32,000 bases of DNA from Candidatus Saccharimonadota bacterium (GTDB lineage Bacteria; Patescibacteriota; Gracilibacteria; BD1-5; UBA2023), in assembly GCA_042852035.1 (NCBI GenBank), contig BAAFHK010000003.1:120001-152000 (forward strand). Direction: 5' to 3'. Positions 1 through 11,434 of the stretch are shown in pieces. The position numbers and the translations under genes are program-made. A model generated the notes under the pieces. That model was given only the letters and a program-made list of their open reading frames with translations, was not told the origin of the DNA and made no database searches. How positions within the stretch are numbered: position 1 is the first letter of the stretch; the number at the start of each line of letters is the position of its first letter.

Positions 1-297
1 TCTTTGCTTTTCGGAAACCTTATTAGAAATGCTATCACCTACAATAAAAGTGGAGGAACGATTGATATTAATGAAAAGGATGGAATGATATCAATTACTG
101 ATACTGGTATCGGAATCGATGAAAAGCATATAAAAAACATTTGGGAAAGATTCTATAGAGTTGAAAGAACTGGTAAGAATCCTGGAACTGGGATAGGTCT
201 CTCGATAGTAGAAAAAATAATACATCACTATGGTTGGGAAATACGTGTAACATCTAAAGTAAATCAGTGAACTACTTTTAACATAAAAATAAAATAG
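1..297 (+). CDS. sensor histidine kinase, C-terminal HATPase_c fragment (5' end outside window)
   Basis: Frame 1 reads NLIRNAITY (N box), DTGIGI (G1), GTGIGLSIV (G2), then VNQ-TGA-TTFNIKIK-TAG. The TGA at 268-270 sits at the Gly of the terminal G-T-x-F box, so the CDS runs to TAG 295-297 under TGA=Gly. Confidence 0.85.
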
Positions 298-352
298 CTT
301 GCAAATGTTCGAAAAAATATAGTATATAACTATTATCATTACTTCATTCCTT

Positions 353-817
353 ATGCGAAGAATTTCACTTCTTGCTGCTCTTCTTATGGTTATGCTTTCA
401 AGTTGTGGAAGCTGAACGAAACAAGGCCCTCAGGCAACTCAACCAAGTCCTTATCCAAGTGTTCCCATGAACGAGGTGGTTTGATCTGGATGAGAGAAAT
501 CATTCATCCCAACACCAGAAGCAGAGGTTATTCCTGCCTTCACAGTCAAATGAACTGAACCATTTTGGTCAGTGGAAATTGAAAAGAACACCGCAACACT
601 CACTCGTCCTGGAACAGGAAGCACTTCTACAGAGACCTTCAACATTATCTGAAGCGATAAGTGATCGACTATTTCTCTACGCTGAGTAAAATGAGATTTT
701 TTTCTTACTCTCATAAAATGAAGCTGTAGCGATGGAGCAAGTGATACGAAATACGCATTTAATGCAACCCTCAATGTGTGAGCTGAGGAACTTCATGGAT
801 GTGCGAATAAAAAATAA
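353..817 (+). CDS. putative lipoprotein (154 aa)
   Basis: ATG 353; N-terminus MRRISLLAALLMVMLSSC has a lipobox (LSSC). The frame is open to TAA 815-817 only if about 10 TGAs are sense. Motifs GTEPFWSVEI and SCSDGASD resemble COG3650-type lipoproteins (from memory, weak). The 107-aa minus ORF 451-774 is its antisense shadow. Confidence 0.6.
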
Positions 818-824
818 GAATTTT

Positions 825-2273
825 TTATATCCTCTCCATTCTTACTACCGTTTCGATATGATGAGTATGGGGAAACATATCTACTGGGGTAATATCTGTG
901 ATTCTATACCGAGGAAGTCCCTCGGTTTTTTCATCGCGATTTTTTCCTATGAATACTTCAAGATCTCGAGCGAGAGTTGCAGGATTGCACGAGACGTAGA
1001 TAATCTCATTCACTGAAAAACTTAAGAGTGTTGCATATGTCGATGGATGCATACCATCACGAGGAGGATCAAGAATAATTGTATCGGCCTTTCCTCAAGT
1101 TTCTAGAAATTTCTTTGCGAAATCCTCAACTTTTTCGTTCATAAATCGAACATTCTTAATTCCATTGTTTAAAGCATTCTTCATTCCATCATTTGATGCT
1201 GATTCTACAAGCTCCACAGAATAAACCTCTTTAAAGTGCTCAGACAAAAGTAATCCAATAGTTCCAGTTCATGCATACAGATCAAGAAGAACTCACTCCT
1301 TATTGTGGATAAAATCGATGGCTACTTGGTAAAGCTTTTCTGCTCAAAACGTATTAACCTGAAAGAATGACTTTGGTTGAATCTCAAAGTGCATTCCAAA
1401 AAGTTCATCCTCAATAATAGGATCTCCGTAGATGCATATCGGATTTCCCGTAACAATATCTGCCCTTCAAGTATTTTCTAAAAAGTATATAGAACGAATA
1501 TTCTTATATTTTTCGGTCAATTCTTGAACCATAAGCGTAAATAAATCTTGTATTTTCTGACTATTTTCTGGAGGATTCCAGAGTGAATGAATCGAAAAAA
1601 TAATCATTATTTCATCTGTTTTTCTTCCTTTGCGTACAACAAGATGCCGCCAAAATCCTTGTGCAGTTTTAGGATCATATGTAGGAAAATTTGAAGCTCG
1701 TGAGAGTTTATCCACATCCTTAAAAAGAGCATTTGTCTGCTCATCTGCAAGAGCACAATATTCACAATTATCGATTCGATCAAACTGTCACTGAGCATGA
1801 AATCAGAAACGGAAATCATCATGAATTCCTTCTCGAGCGGAAATATACTTTCACCATGAAAACTCAACCTTATTTCGATATCCATATATTTCTGGCGAAG
1901 GAACAATCGGATGAAAGACTGGTTTTATCTGATTTGTCTCGAGATACTTTGATATATGATAAAAGGCCTCCTCAATCTGTCATGCCTTAATTCTAAGTTG
2001 ATCTTCGTATTTTATAGTAAGCCATTTTGCTCCACCATAGAGCTGATGACCTGGTTCAAGCTCCTTTTCGATTGGAGATTTTTTTACAACATCTATCTGT
2101 TGAGCTTCAATGTGTGATTTTTTATTTTTGAGAACTCTAAGATTTACAATACTCCCCGGTATTACTCCTCATGAAACAATAATCTTCCTTCCGTCCTGAG
2201 CTGTAGCAAGACCCTTTCCTCAGAATATGAGCTTTTCAATAAGAACGTTGTCGATGATATCATTTTTTGGCAT
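825..2273 (-). CDS. 23S rRNA (uracil-5-)-methyltransferase, RumA/RlmD family (TRAM + SAM methyltransferase), 482 aa
   Basis: ATG at 2273 and TAA at 825-827; length is divisible by 3. Motifs: FFQVNTFGAEKLY, SAM motif I DLYA-G-TGTIG (that Gly is TGA at 1269-1271), IYVSCNPATLARDL, DMFPHTHHIE. The track fragments 825-1052 and 1467-1715 are in the same frame. Confidence 0.88.
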
Positions 2274-2333
2274 AAAATAACCCGCTTAGTATGGGCGGAT
2301 TATAAGAGAAAAGTTGATTCTGCAAATATTTCC

Positions 2334-2936
2334 CTATTTTTTTTGTTTCCTACCAAAAATTTTCCACATAAAATAGACTATAATAACAGGAACTCCCACG
2401 ACCTTAAATTCATGAAGATATTTCACAGCAATATCAAGAACCATCTGACCAAATGTCCATCCAAGCCAAACAAGGATACCACACCAAAGAGTAGCACCAA
2501 GAAAAGTAATCAACCAAAATGGAACCAATGGCATACGAAATATTCCAGCTGGAATAGATATGAGGTGTCGAACAACCGGAATAAGTCTACCAAGAAATGT
2601 ATAGAGATTCTGATTTTTTAGAAAAAGATCTTCTGCTCTTTGGTATTTTTCTTTTGTTATGAGAATATATTTTCCATATTTTTCAAGCAGTGGTTTCCCA
2701 ACCCATCGGCCAATGATAAAGTAATTTGCAGTAGCTCCCGCAACAGATCAAATTCCTCAAGCAAGGATAGAAATATACGGATCTAATCCGCCTGATTTCG
2801 CAATCCAACCCGCAGGAATCATAACAAATTCTGATGGGAGAGGAATAATCGATGATTCCATTGCCATGAGGATAAATATATCGAAATATGAAAGCGTCCC
2901 AAACCAAGCAATTATGTTTTCCAAGATGTGTTGCAT
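2334..2936 (-). CDS. dedA: DedA/SNARE-associated family inner-membrane protein (200 aa)
   Basis: ATG 2936 (MQHILENIIAWFGTLSYFDIF...), then ...SIIPLPSEFVMIPAGW..., ...LGRLIPVVRHLISIPAGI...; ends TAG 2334-2336. Two in-frame TGAs. The track ORF 2683-2958 is an off-frame shadow. Confidence 0.8.
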
Positions 2937-2999
2937 ATAAATAGGAATGAAATTCCATATAAGTTGCTTATTTTCTGTTAGATGTCAAAAAAGAAAAAC

Positions 3000-3027
3000 T
3001 TGCATTTTTGAGATTTTCTCATAAAAT
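3000..3027 (+). promoter_or_regulatory. candidate sigma70-type promoter for nusA
   Basis: TTGCAT (3000-3005), 16-nt spacer, TAAAAT (3022-3027). Confidence 0.4.
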
Positions 3028-3043
3028 CAGCTCCAGATACAAA

Positions 3044-3078
3044 AAGAGACCTGCCCAACGGCGAGTCTTTTTTTTACC
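3044..3078 (+). terminator. imperfect hairpin plus T-run in the nusA leader (candidate attenuator)
   Basis: AGAGACCTGCC-CAAC-GGCGAGTCT (bulged stem) followed by a T8-9 run. It lies between the putative promoter and the nusA ATG at 3102. Confidence 0.35.
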
Positions 3079-3101
3079 CTTATTCTCTTTTTTCATAATT
3101 T

Positions 3102-4190
3102 ATGTTTGATCTCTCGAAAATTGAGGCCGCGATTAATGCCATCTCCGCTGAGAAAAAAATCGCCAAAGAAAAGCTTGTTGAGATTATTGAACATGCTATC
3201 AAAACCGCATACAAGAAGGACTATGCAAGCAAAGAAGCAAACGTAAACGTTCACCTTGATATGAGTTCAGGGTCGGTTGAAATATCTATTGAGAAAACTA
3301 TCGTAGAAGAAGTTACTGACCCAAATATTGAAGTGAGTTTTGAGGATGTTGGAGGAACTGACTCTGGATTTTCTATTGGTGATACGGTTGAGATTGATGT
3401 ATCTGATGAAATTCTTGGAAGTGAAGGCTTTGGTCGTATAGCTTCTCAGGCAGCAAAACAAGTAATCGTACAGAAAATACAAGAGACGGAAAAAGAAAAG
3501 CTCTACCATCTTTTTAAAGATAAAGAAGATACGGTGGTAAATCTCCGTGTCGAACTCGTCGAAAAAAATCGCGTCGTATTCGACTACAATGGAAACCAAG
3601 TTGTTCTACCTAAAAGCGAGCAAAATTCAAAAGACAAATATACTCCTGGGCAACGAATGTATCTCTACGTAAGAAAGGTTGAGATTGATCCTGAGCTTGG
3701 ACCTCGCGTTGTACTTTCTCGAAAGGATAAGGAGCTCGTAGTAAAACTTTTCGAAATGAATACTCCAGAACTCGAGGAAGGAACGGTCGAAATCGTCTCT
3801 ATCGCTCGTATGGCTGGAGTAAAAACGAAAATCATCGTTGCTTCTGATGACGAAGATGTTGATCCAGCTGGATGTCTCATCGGACCAAAGGGTATGCGAG
3901 TTCGTGGAATCGTCGATGAGCTCTTTGGGGAAAAGATTGATATTATCAACTACACAACCGATCAGAAAGAAATGGTGCGTCGTGCACTTATCCCAGGAAC
4001 CGTTGAAGAAATAGAGATTGATGAGGAAAATAACATTATTCGCGCCACAGTAAAAGATGAAGAGAAAGCAAAAGTTCTCGGACGTGGAGGAACGAATATA
4101 AACATTGCTTGAGATCTCCTCGGATATCGAATATCTCTCTCAACCATTGAAGGAAAAGAGGTTGACCCAAAAACCGAAAGTGAAGCGTAA
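3102..4190 (+). CDS. nusA: transcription termination/antitermination factor NusA (362 aa, no C-terminal AR repeats)
   Basis: The 336-aa track ORF has NusA N-terminal, S1 and KH-like regions (...PAGCLIGPKGMRVRGIV..., ...VLGRGGTNINIA). It continues through TGA 4110-4112 (a small-residue position in the KH2 helix) to TAA 4188-4190. Confidence 0.9.
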
Positions 4191-4217
4191 AAAAATCCCC
4201 ATTTATGGGGATTTTTT
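4191..4217. terminator. bidirectional rho-independent terminator
   Basis: AAATCCCCA (4193-4201), loop TTTA, TGGGGATTT (4206-4214), flanked by an A-run and a T-run. Sits between convergent nusA and the 4203-5027 gene. Confidence 0.7.
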
Positions 4218-5027
4218 AAAGAGTTGATTATAAAATGCTCGTTGCTTAACTCATCCTCGATCGGGCCACTCAGAGAGACGAGTTAGTTTTCACTCAAGAG
4301 TAGTATTATACCGAAAAAGACCGAATCGTTTTAGAAGAATTTTTCCATATGAAATAGGCTCACTGTGTTCAATATGAAACGCCATTATTGGAATCTCTGG
4401 AGCACTCCCTTCTGGTGCTGATTCATGAGAAAGTCAGCGAAGAATCTGTCCAAATAAAGCTTGGAACGGCTTATTATTTCCATAATCTTCTCAAGGTCAT
4501 GCAGGAATGAGGAAAATATATCCTCATTCCTGATGTATAGCCTTGAGTTTCATTTTGAGAACTTCAAGAAGTCCATGCATCTCATTTCTTCCACCTTCTA
4601 CCGCTGGTTCAAATTGGTATCATGGAAATTGCTTACGATTCATCTCAAGATTATATGGGCCAGTAAAAAAGAGTGTTTGCCTTAAAATATCATCCCCAAG
4701 ATATCAGAATGCTGGAAGATAATCAGGAAACTTACTACAGTGATGGTTGAGAATAATAACCCCTCTCCCTGCTTCTTTGAGCTTATGAATTTGGGCCTGA
4801 AGTCAGGACTCATCAATTACAGATACATCTCGTATAGGTCACCTTTTTGCTCCATTTTTCATATATCTCACTCCCGTTACTCAGAGCTTTTTTGTCGATC
4901 CATAAAGAACAGCAAAAACAGCTCCTCAAACTTCAATAATCTTTGATCTCACTCAAGGATGCTTTTGAATAAAATGTGGTTTGGGTGGCTTATTAGTATG
5001 TATGTTTTCATCAAGATGGGAGGGCAT
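4203..5027 (-). CDS. hypothetical protein (274 aa), weak PlsC-type acyltransferase-like blocks
   Basis: ATG 5027, 18 nt after the prmC stop. Open with TGA=Gly to TAA 4203-4205 (825 nt). ...GVIILNHHCSKFPDYLP... and ...YIFLIPAGPGEDYG... loosely resemble the NHxxxxD and FPEG blocks. The assignment is weak. Confidence 0.5.
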
Positions 5028-5045
5028 ACATATATAATAAAATGT

Positions 5046-5720
5046 TTAATTATTTGTCAAATAAATCTCACAGAATCGTTCCATTCCTGCATAATCTGTA
5101 AAAAATGTCCCTCTCCATCCAAACTTTTTGAGAACTCATTCTGCTATTTCTCTCTGATCAAACCCAAATTCAATAATAAGGGTTCCCTGATATTTTTTTT
5201 CTCGAAGCTCTTGAAAGAGCCTCTCATAGAGCTCAAATCCTGTTTTTTCTCCTCAGAAAAGTGCCAGCTCTGGCTCAAATCGAGTATCGAGACTCATGTT
5301 ACCCCAGTCTTCAGCCTTGATATATGGGAGATTCGCAAGAAAGAGTAACTCAGAAACATTCGGATCAATATTTGAAAGAAGGTCTGAATGAAGAAATTCC
5401 ACACTTTTTGAGGGGTAGTATTTCTGAAAGTTTTCCTGAGCAATCTTGAGTGCTTCAGGTGATATATCGAGAAATATAACCTCATCGACTAAATCTGCTA
5501 CGGAAGTCCCGATAATTCCTGATCATGAACCAATATCCACAACTTTGCGTATTTTCCCCTGTCGTAAAACTGTTCGCGCTCTACGGATTAATGCTTCGGT
5601 TTCGAGTCGGGGAATAAGTACAGCAGGAGTGACTCGGAATTCACGACCAAAAAAATTCACAATTCCTGTGATATATTCTTCGGGGTAATTGAGAGGATGT
5701 TCTATTTTTTCTTGTTCCAT
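5046..5720 (-). CDS. prmC: PrmC/HemK-like protein-(glutamine-N5) methyltransferase (224 aa)
   Basis: MEQEKIEHPL...FFGREFRVTPAVLIPRLETEALI, SAM motif VVDIGS-G-SGIIG (Gly = TGA 5523-5525), substrate motif ANLPYI (NPPY variant). TAA 5046-5048. Confidence 0.8.
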
Positions 5721-5750
5721 AATTTGCTTCTTTCTTTTGTGAGTTTTTCG

Positions 5751-5766
5751 ATTTTGTCGACAAAAT
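5751..5766. promoter_or_regulatory. perfect 16-bp palindrome upstream of prmC (possible operator)
   Basis: ATTTTGTCGACAAAAT, 31 nt upstream of the prmC ATG, in a 186-nt intergenic region. Confidence 0.3.
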
Positions 5767-5906
5767 TTTCGTAAAAAAATTGCACCTGTTTGAGCGTGGA
5801 ACGCGAGTTTTGCAATTTTAGAAAATAAGTTGGAAACAGAATCCAAAACGAGCAAACAAAAGAAGAACTTTTTGATTCTTTTTTGGTTACAAAAAGAATA
5901 GAGGAC

Positions 5907-6671
5907 TTATGCATTATCAAAGCTCTTTCTGGAAAAAATCCATGCTCAAATGCAAAGAATCGTCAAAATATATATGATTCAGACACTATATCAGCTATAC
6001 CATACTCAAAGATTGATTGGAGCTCACGTTGCGACATAATTTTTTAAGTTCATAGCCTCAAGATTCGGGAAAAAAATGAGAAGTGCACGCCCAATATAGT
6101 AAGCTTGAGTGGATGCCTCCCATCGAGAATAATCAAGCATTGCATATCCTCAATGACCTATGATATAGGAAGCTATTGTAAGAAACATTGCTATCATTGG
6201 AGAAACAAATGTAGAGAAAAAAAGAATGAGAACCAGGAGGGAGAAGAGCTTTAGAATTATTCAGAAGATTGCAGGAAGCATGAGAGAATCAATGCCAAAT
6301 CATTTAAAAAAAAGCAGTCCTATAAGAAGCAATGATTGAAATATCACCATACTCATAACTACTAGAGAGAAACCAAGAAATTTCCCGATAAATATCGAAG
6401 ATCGAGAAACGGGCTTCGAGAGCATAAGAAATATAGTACGTCATTCTATCTCACGAGCTATCATACCTCCGCCAAGAAACAAAATTACAGCAACTCACGT
6501 TAATTCAATAAATGATAGACCAAAATCATAAAGAACCCTCTCGAGTTGTCCAAGCGCAAGCGTTTCTAGAGCATACGACATACCCAGAAAAACTACTCAA
6601 AGAAAAAGGATAAGTGAAAAGAATTTGTTTCGAACCAATTCTCGAATCGTATTGAGAGTAATAGTAAACAT
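5907..6671 (-). CDS. ABC-2 type transporter permease (NosY-like), 254 aa
   Basis: MFTITLNTIRELVRNKFFSL..., conserved ...MIAREIE-G-RTIFLMLSKPVSRSSIFIGKFLG..., about 6 hydrophobic segments. TAA 5907-5909. No adjacent ATPase gene. Confidence 0.7.
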
Positions 6672-6688
6672 GGATCTCTATTTCGGGA

Positions 6689-7078
6689 TTAAATATTGAG
6701 AAGAATCTTCTCTTGCATGGTTTTTAGATCTTCAGGGGTTGCCTCAAACACAGGTTTCCATACAAAGTCTGCCTCAGAAAACGTCGGAAGCAACTGAAAG
6801 TGACAATGAGGAATCTGGTACCCGATAAACGCAGCACAAACCCTATTACATCATGTAGCCGCCTTGATTGCAGGAGCAAGTTTTTGTGCTGCCTGAAAAA
6901 TAGCATAATAGTATGGCTCTGGAACATCTGAAAAATGATCTACCTCAATCTTCGGAACTATGAGGGTATGTCAAGGAGCTTGAGGAAATATATCTAGGAA
7001 TGCAAGAACATACTCATCTTCATAGAGGGTATACGCTGGGACGTTTCCGTTGATTATCTGAGTAAAGATGGATGACAT
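6689..7078 (-). CDS. HIT family (HinT-like) nucleotide hydrolase, 129 aa
   Basis: MSSIFTQIINGNVPAYTLYEDEYVLAFLDIFPQAP-G-HTLIVPK (Gly = TGA 6971-6973); histidine-triad variant IPHCHFQLLP. TAA 6689-6691. Confidence 0.85.
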
Positions 7079-7170
7079 TTTATATAAGTTGGGTTATCAG
7101 TATACTTTTTTTATGGTATTTTAAAAGTGAATTTTTTGTATTGGCGCTAAAATAGCAAAGTGAGAACCTT

Positions 7171-8109
7171 CTAAAAGACTGAAGATATAAATCTTGGATT
7201 TCCATTAAGAAAATCTTTTATATTTTGTGACTTCTTTCATTCTAATTTGACTTGCTTAAGTGTCAAGGTTCATTCTCTACAAGTTATGCCAATGGTGTTG
7301 TCCTGAAATTTCACGACTTGACCAATTTTTGAATTTTCGACCTTCTTTGTGTCATAACTGACTCACTCAAGAAGCAGTCTCTTTTGTTCATAAATAGTGT
7401 ATATTCCTGGCCAGGGAGTATATGCTTGCCACATGTGATAAATAGACTCTGCTGAGGTATTCCAATCAACCACTCCATCATTTTTTTCAATTTTTTTGCA
7501 ATATGTTGCCAAACTCTGTTCCTGTGGAAGTGGGGTTATGCCTCCATGTTCAAGCTCAAGAAGCGTCTGAATAAGTGCTGGACCGGAAACATCTTCAAAT
7601 TTTGCAAAAAGAGTTAATGAAGTTTCCGTTTTATCGATTGGGATTTTGCGAATCTTTAGTATATCTCATTCATCCATACCTTCACTCATCTGCATAATCG
7701 TAACCCCCGTCTCCTGCTCTCAATAAAGAAGTGCCGCCTGAATAGGTGAAGCTCATCGATATTTTGGGAGGATAGATCCGTGGATATTGATACATTTTTT
7801 ATTCGGGGTATCTAAAACGGCTTTTGGTAGTATTTTTCAATAAGCAACAACTACAAAATAATCGCAATTAAAAGAGCGAATTCTCTCTAAAAATTCCTGA
7901 TTTTCTCGAATCCTTAATGGCTGTAAAAGTTCAATTCCATGCTCAAGCGCCACTTCTTTAACGGGACTCGGTCGGAGCTCAGAAGTACGTCAAATAGGTT
8001 TATCAGGATTAGTGACCACAAAAACAACTTCAAATTCCTGAGCTCAAAGTAAATCTCAGAGAACACGAGCAGCAAGGTTTGGTGTACCAAAAAATCAAAT
8101 TCGTATCAT
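7171..8109 (-). CDS. fmt: methionyl-tRNA formyltransferase (312 aa)
   Basis: FFGTP, VVVAY-G-KILP (TGA 7837-7839), NIHGSILPKYR-G-ASPIQ (TGA 7753-7755), C-terminal Fmt domain. 11 in-frame TGAs. TAG 7171-7173. Start overlaps the upstream stop as TAATG (8107-8111). Confidence 0.92.
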
Positions 8110-8564
8110 TATTGGACTTGAGGTGGAGTACGATTACTCTGTTCTTGTAAAATATTAGCAATATTAGAAAGTGAATCTTCAAGCCTAATAAAATGGGGAT
8201 TGTAGTTCGTTGTTTCCGTATATTTATTTACTTCGTGTTGGATTTTCTCGACATAAGGCTCCATTTTTTTCCCAAGGAGCGGAAGGCTAATGAGTGATGA
8301 AAGAAACCAACCTATCAAGCCGAGGATAATACCAGCACCAATAAGAGCACCAACTCATCGCGCAACTCAAGCTATAAGGTTCGGCAAAAGCATCTTCCAT
8401 GGTGAACGAATATACTCCATAAATTCCTCAAGTCATGAAGCTTCTATTGCATCGATAAGACCCTCGAATTTAAGAAGCTGGTCTTGACTGAGAGACTCTG
8501 CCGTTGCTTTCTTTTTGACCGAAAGTGATCGTATCTGCTTTTTTTCTGTAACTGATTTTTCCAT
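8109..8564 (-). CDS. small membrane protein (151 aa), DUF5665-like motif
   Basis: ATG 8564. ...PNLIAGVARGVGALIGAGIILGLIGWF... resembles the DUF5665 Gly-rich TM motif (from memory). Three in-frame TGAs. Translationally coupled to fmt. Confidence 0.55.
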
Positions 8565-8616
8565 ATAAAAAATTTTTTGATTATCATACAGAAAAAACCT
8601 CCTCTCGCAAACCTAT

Positions 8617-8644
8617 TTGCAAAAGGGTCATATTTCTATATTAT
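8617..8644 (+). promoter_or_regulatory. candidate promoter for tRNA-Arg
   Basis: TTGCAA (8617-8622), 16-nt spacer, TATTAT (8639-8644), about 40 nt upstream of the tRNA. Confidence 0.4.
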
Positions 8645-8685
8645 CTGCTCGACCCAATATTTAGATACACTTCAAGATTTAATCT

Positions 8686-8759
8686 GTCCCCGTAGTTCAG
8701 TGGAAGAACACGGCACTCCTAAGGCTGAGACACAAGTTCGATCCTTGTCGGGGATACCA
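8686..8759 (+). tRNA. tRNA-Arg (anticodon CCT, reads AGG), CCA encoded
   Basis: Manual cloverleaf: acceptor GTCCCCG/CGGGGAT (G1-U72 wobble), D stem GTTC/GAAC, anticodon stem CGGCA/GGCTG (one A-G mismatch), loop CTCCTAA with anticodon at 8718-8720, T arm ACAAG-TTCGATC-CTTGT, discriminator A, CCA 8757-8759. Confidence 0.8.
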
Positions 8760-8898
8760 CTCTCATTCTTTGAAGCATATAAACATTAGTCTTTCATTCA
8801 TTTTTGTTCTCATACCTCTCATATTCTCCCACTTCTTTGCGAGACTCTGAGAGACTTTTATTATACATAATGGCATTGGATCATTTGAGTCTATAAAG

Positions 8899-9957
8899 AT
8901 GCATTTAACTATCATAATGATTGGCATTGCATTATTTGAGGAGGCTTTAAGAAATCCAAATATTTTAAAACAAAAAGGGTTCCTGTTCGGTATTTTAATT
9001 TCTTTAATCTTTCTTGTTGGTTCATTTTTTTACGGGAGTGATACCTACTGATTGAGAGAACTTCTTTTTTGAGTCTGAGAGAAACAACATGGGTTACTTT
9101 TACCCATATCTCTTGGACTTCTTTTTTTTCTTCTTATCAATGAAAATAAAAAATCATTAGAACGCATGGTTCATATATCTTTGTGAGCCGCTTTCTTTGT
9201 AACCATTATTGCGATACTAGAAAATGTTCTTCATTATAATATCTTCACTGGAAGTGAATTTCAAAACACTGGAAGTTGGTGAACCATCAGAAGCACGAGC
9301 ACACTCGGAAATCCGAATTATGTAGCCTGATACCTACTTGCACACATACCCCTTCTTTATTACCGAGTACATCGATGGGAAAAATATCTATGACTCGCTC
9401 TCCTGGTTCTAGGTATTGGCATGACCGGAAGCGTTATCGGCATGACGCTATCGACATTCTTTTTTATGGCTCTTATTCTAAAAAAAACATTTCCAAAAAA
9501 CTGGCTTCCAATTCTTTTTTTTCTTGTGATTACTGGAGGCACTGTACTAAGCATATATTTATCAGGAGGTGAGAAGTGGCTGTCTCTCACTTCACGCTTC
9601 GTACTCATGGGAGAATCACTCCTATGAAATATCAACTCTCCAATACACATTTTGGTGGGTCAGTGACCGATGGGAATTATCGATTATTATGAAGCCTCCC
9701 GATCTCTCATTATAGGAAAATATTTTCCTTCATCGATGATTATTGATTCCTCACATAATATTTTTATCGATTTTTTCTTTCAGTATGGGTTTATTGGATT
9801 AGTGTTTTTAGTGTATCCTATTTTTTATTTTTGGAGAAATTACGACCAAGCGAGCAAGTGGAGCATTATCCTCTTGCTCTCTTTTCTCTCACTGAATGTT
9901 TTTGTTGTATCTCATCTTATTCTTTTTTGCCTCGTGCTGGCGAGAAACGAAAGATAA
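8899..9957 (+). CDS. O-antigen ligase/polymerase-like (Wzy_C family) membrane protein, about 352 aa
   Basis: Polytopic. ...RSTSTLGNPNYVA-G-YLL... and ...DSSHNIFIDFFFQYGFIGLVFL... are typical of this family. About 9 in-frame TGAs. TAA 9955-9957. Start is uncertain: the frame stays open upstream to the tRNA, and the first ATG is 8899. Confidence 0.72.
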
Positions 9958-10009
9958 GAATATAAAGTGTTTTCTATTTTATCAAACACTTGATCCTTGC
10001 TTTCAATTT

Positions 10010-10037
10010 TTGATTTTTAAAACTATTTTGTTATACT
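10010..10037 (+). promoter_or_regulatory. candidate extended -10 promoter for the CorC-family gene
   Basis: TTGATT (10010-10015), 16-nt spacer ending TGt, TATACT (10032-10037). Confidence 0.45.
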
Positions 10038-10070
10038 CAAACCCATAGTTTTATATATAATTCTCTTCTC

Positions 10071-11375
10071 TTGGATCCCTTACCAATAATAATTTTTCTT
10101 GCTTTAGTTGCAGCGCTCGCATTTTTCGCTGGTACAGAAATCCCACTCATGTCTGTGAGCCAACATAAACTTGACTGATGGATAAAGCAAAAAAGATGGT
10201 GAGCCCGTACGCTTGCACGACTCAAAAAACAAAACGAACGCCTTCTTGTAACGAATCTTATAGGTACCTTACTTGTAACAAGTGGTCCAACACTCGTAGC
10301 TGAAAAATACATTACACCTGAAGTAATTCAGGCATTTGGTATTTCAGATCACTTAGCAACTACTATTGTATATATATTTGCTTTTCTTACGATTCTTCTT
10401 TTCGGAGAAATCGCATCAAAAATTATCTGAGTACGGTTTTCTGATACTGTAGCTCTCAAGGTTGCCCATGCATATCAAGTGCTTGTTTGGATATTCCTTC
10501 CGGTCACATGGCTTGTGGAATTTTTTATGAAAGGTCTTTGATGGATTCTCTGAGGAAAAATTGACTTTCATGGACATACTACCGTAACGGAAGAGGAATT
10601 TGATGCGTTTATCGATATGTCACATAAGTGATGAGCTGTGGAAGCAGATGAGCGCCGACAGATAAAAAATCTCCTTTCGCTGGGTGAGATGACTGCTGAT
10701 TCAGTAATGACCCCTCGCGTAAATGTGAAGTTTGTGTACCTCGATAATACAATCGATGAGGTTTGTGATTTTCTTATGTCATCTTCTCATTCGCGAGTTC
10801 CTGTTGCCTGAGAAACTACAGATGATGTAGACTATATAATTACATTCAGAGAAGCATTTAAGATGCAAAAAGAAGGTCATGGAAAATCAAAGCTCAAGTC
10901 TCTCGAACTTGAAAAAATCATGAAGGTTCCACTGACTCAACCACTCGATGATCTTTTTGAGAAGTTCCAAAAATCTCGTCGCCATATGGCCCTCGTTCTT
11001 GATGAACATGGAGGAACCTCCTGAGTGGTTACCATGGAAGATATTTTGGAAGAAGTATTTTGAGATATAAAAGATGAAAAAGATAAAGAAGAAATCTATA
11101 TGAGAAAACATCACGGTGGAAAAATAGATGCTGTAGGAACCGTTCTTATCGATGATATTCTTGAAGAATATGATGTACATGCAGAAGATTATGGCATACC
11201 AGAAGAGTATCTATGAGAGGCACTCTCATACGTTATGATGGCTGAAAAAGAAGAATTTCCCATCACCGGATCCGAGGTAACATTTCATGGAACTCATGGA
11301 AGGATTGTACTACGAGCCGTCCTTGTCCAAGACAATGTCATCGAAAAAATTGAGTGCGAAAAACATCATCATTAA
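10071..11375 (+). CDS. CNNM/TlyC/CorC-family protein (DUF21 TM domain + CBS pair + CorC_HlyC), 434 aa
   Basis: TTG start 10071 (no in-frame ATG upstream). ...FFAGTEIPLMSVSQHKL..., ...LFGEIASKII..., ...MTPRVNV...SRVPV...[31 protein letters not shown].... 11 in-frame TGAs. TAA 11373-11375. Confidence 0.85.
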
Positions 11376-11384
11376 ATAAAAATT

Positions 11385-11412
11385 AAAAAATCCTCCATGT
11401 GGAGGATTTTTT
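11385..11412. terminator. bidirectional rho-independent terminator
   Basis: A-run, TCCTCC (11391-11396), loop ATGT, GGAGGA (11401-11406), T-run. Sits between the convergent CorC-family gene and rpsU. Confidence 0.7.
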
Positions 11413-11434
11413 GGATACATATTGTATACGAAGA

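Noticed and set aside
451-774. Antisense or off-frame track ORFs of 100-150 aa. Examples: 451-774 minus, 2683-2958 minus, 4461-5348 plus, 9276-9650, 16928-17362 plus, 24053-24496 minus, 26563-26904 minus.
   Set aside because: Each overlaps a better-supported table-25 gene on the other strand or in another frame. They have Phe/Ser/Cys/Ile-rich shadow-like sequences with no motifs.
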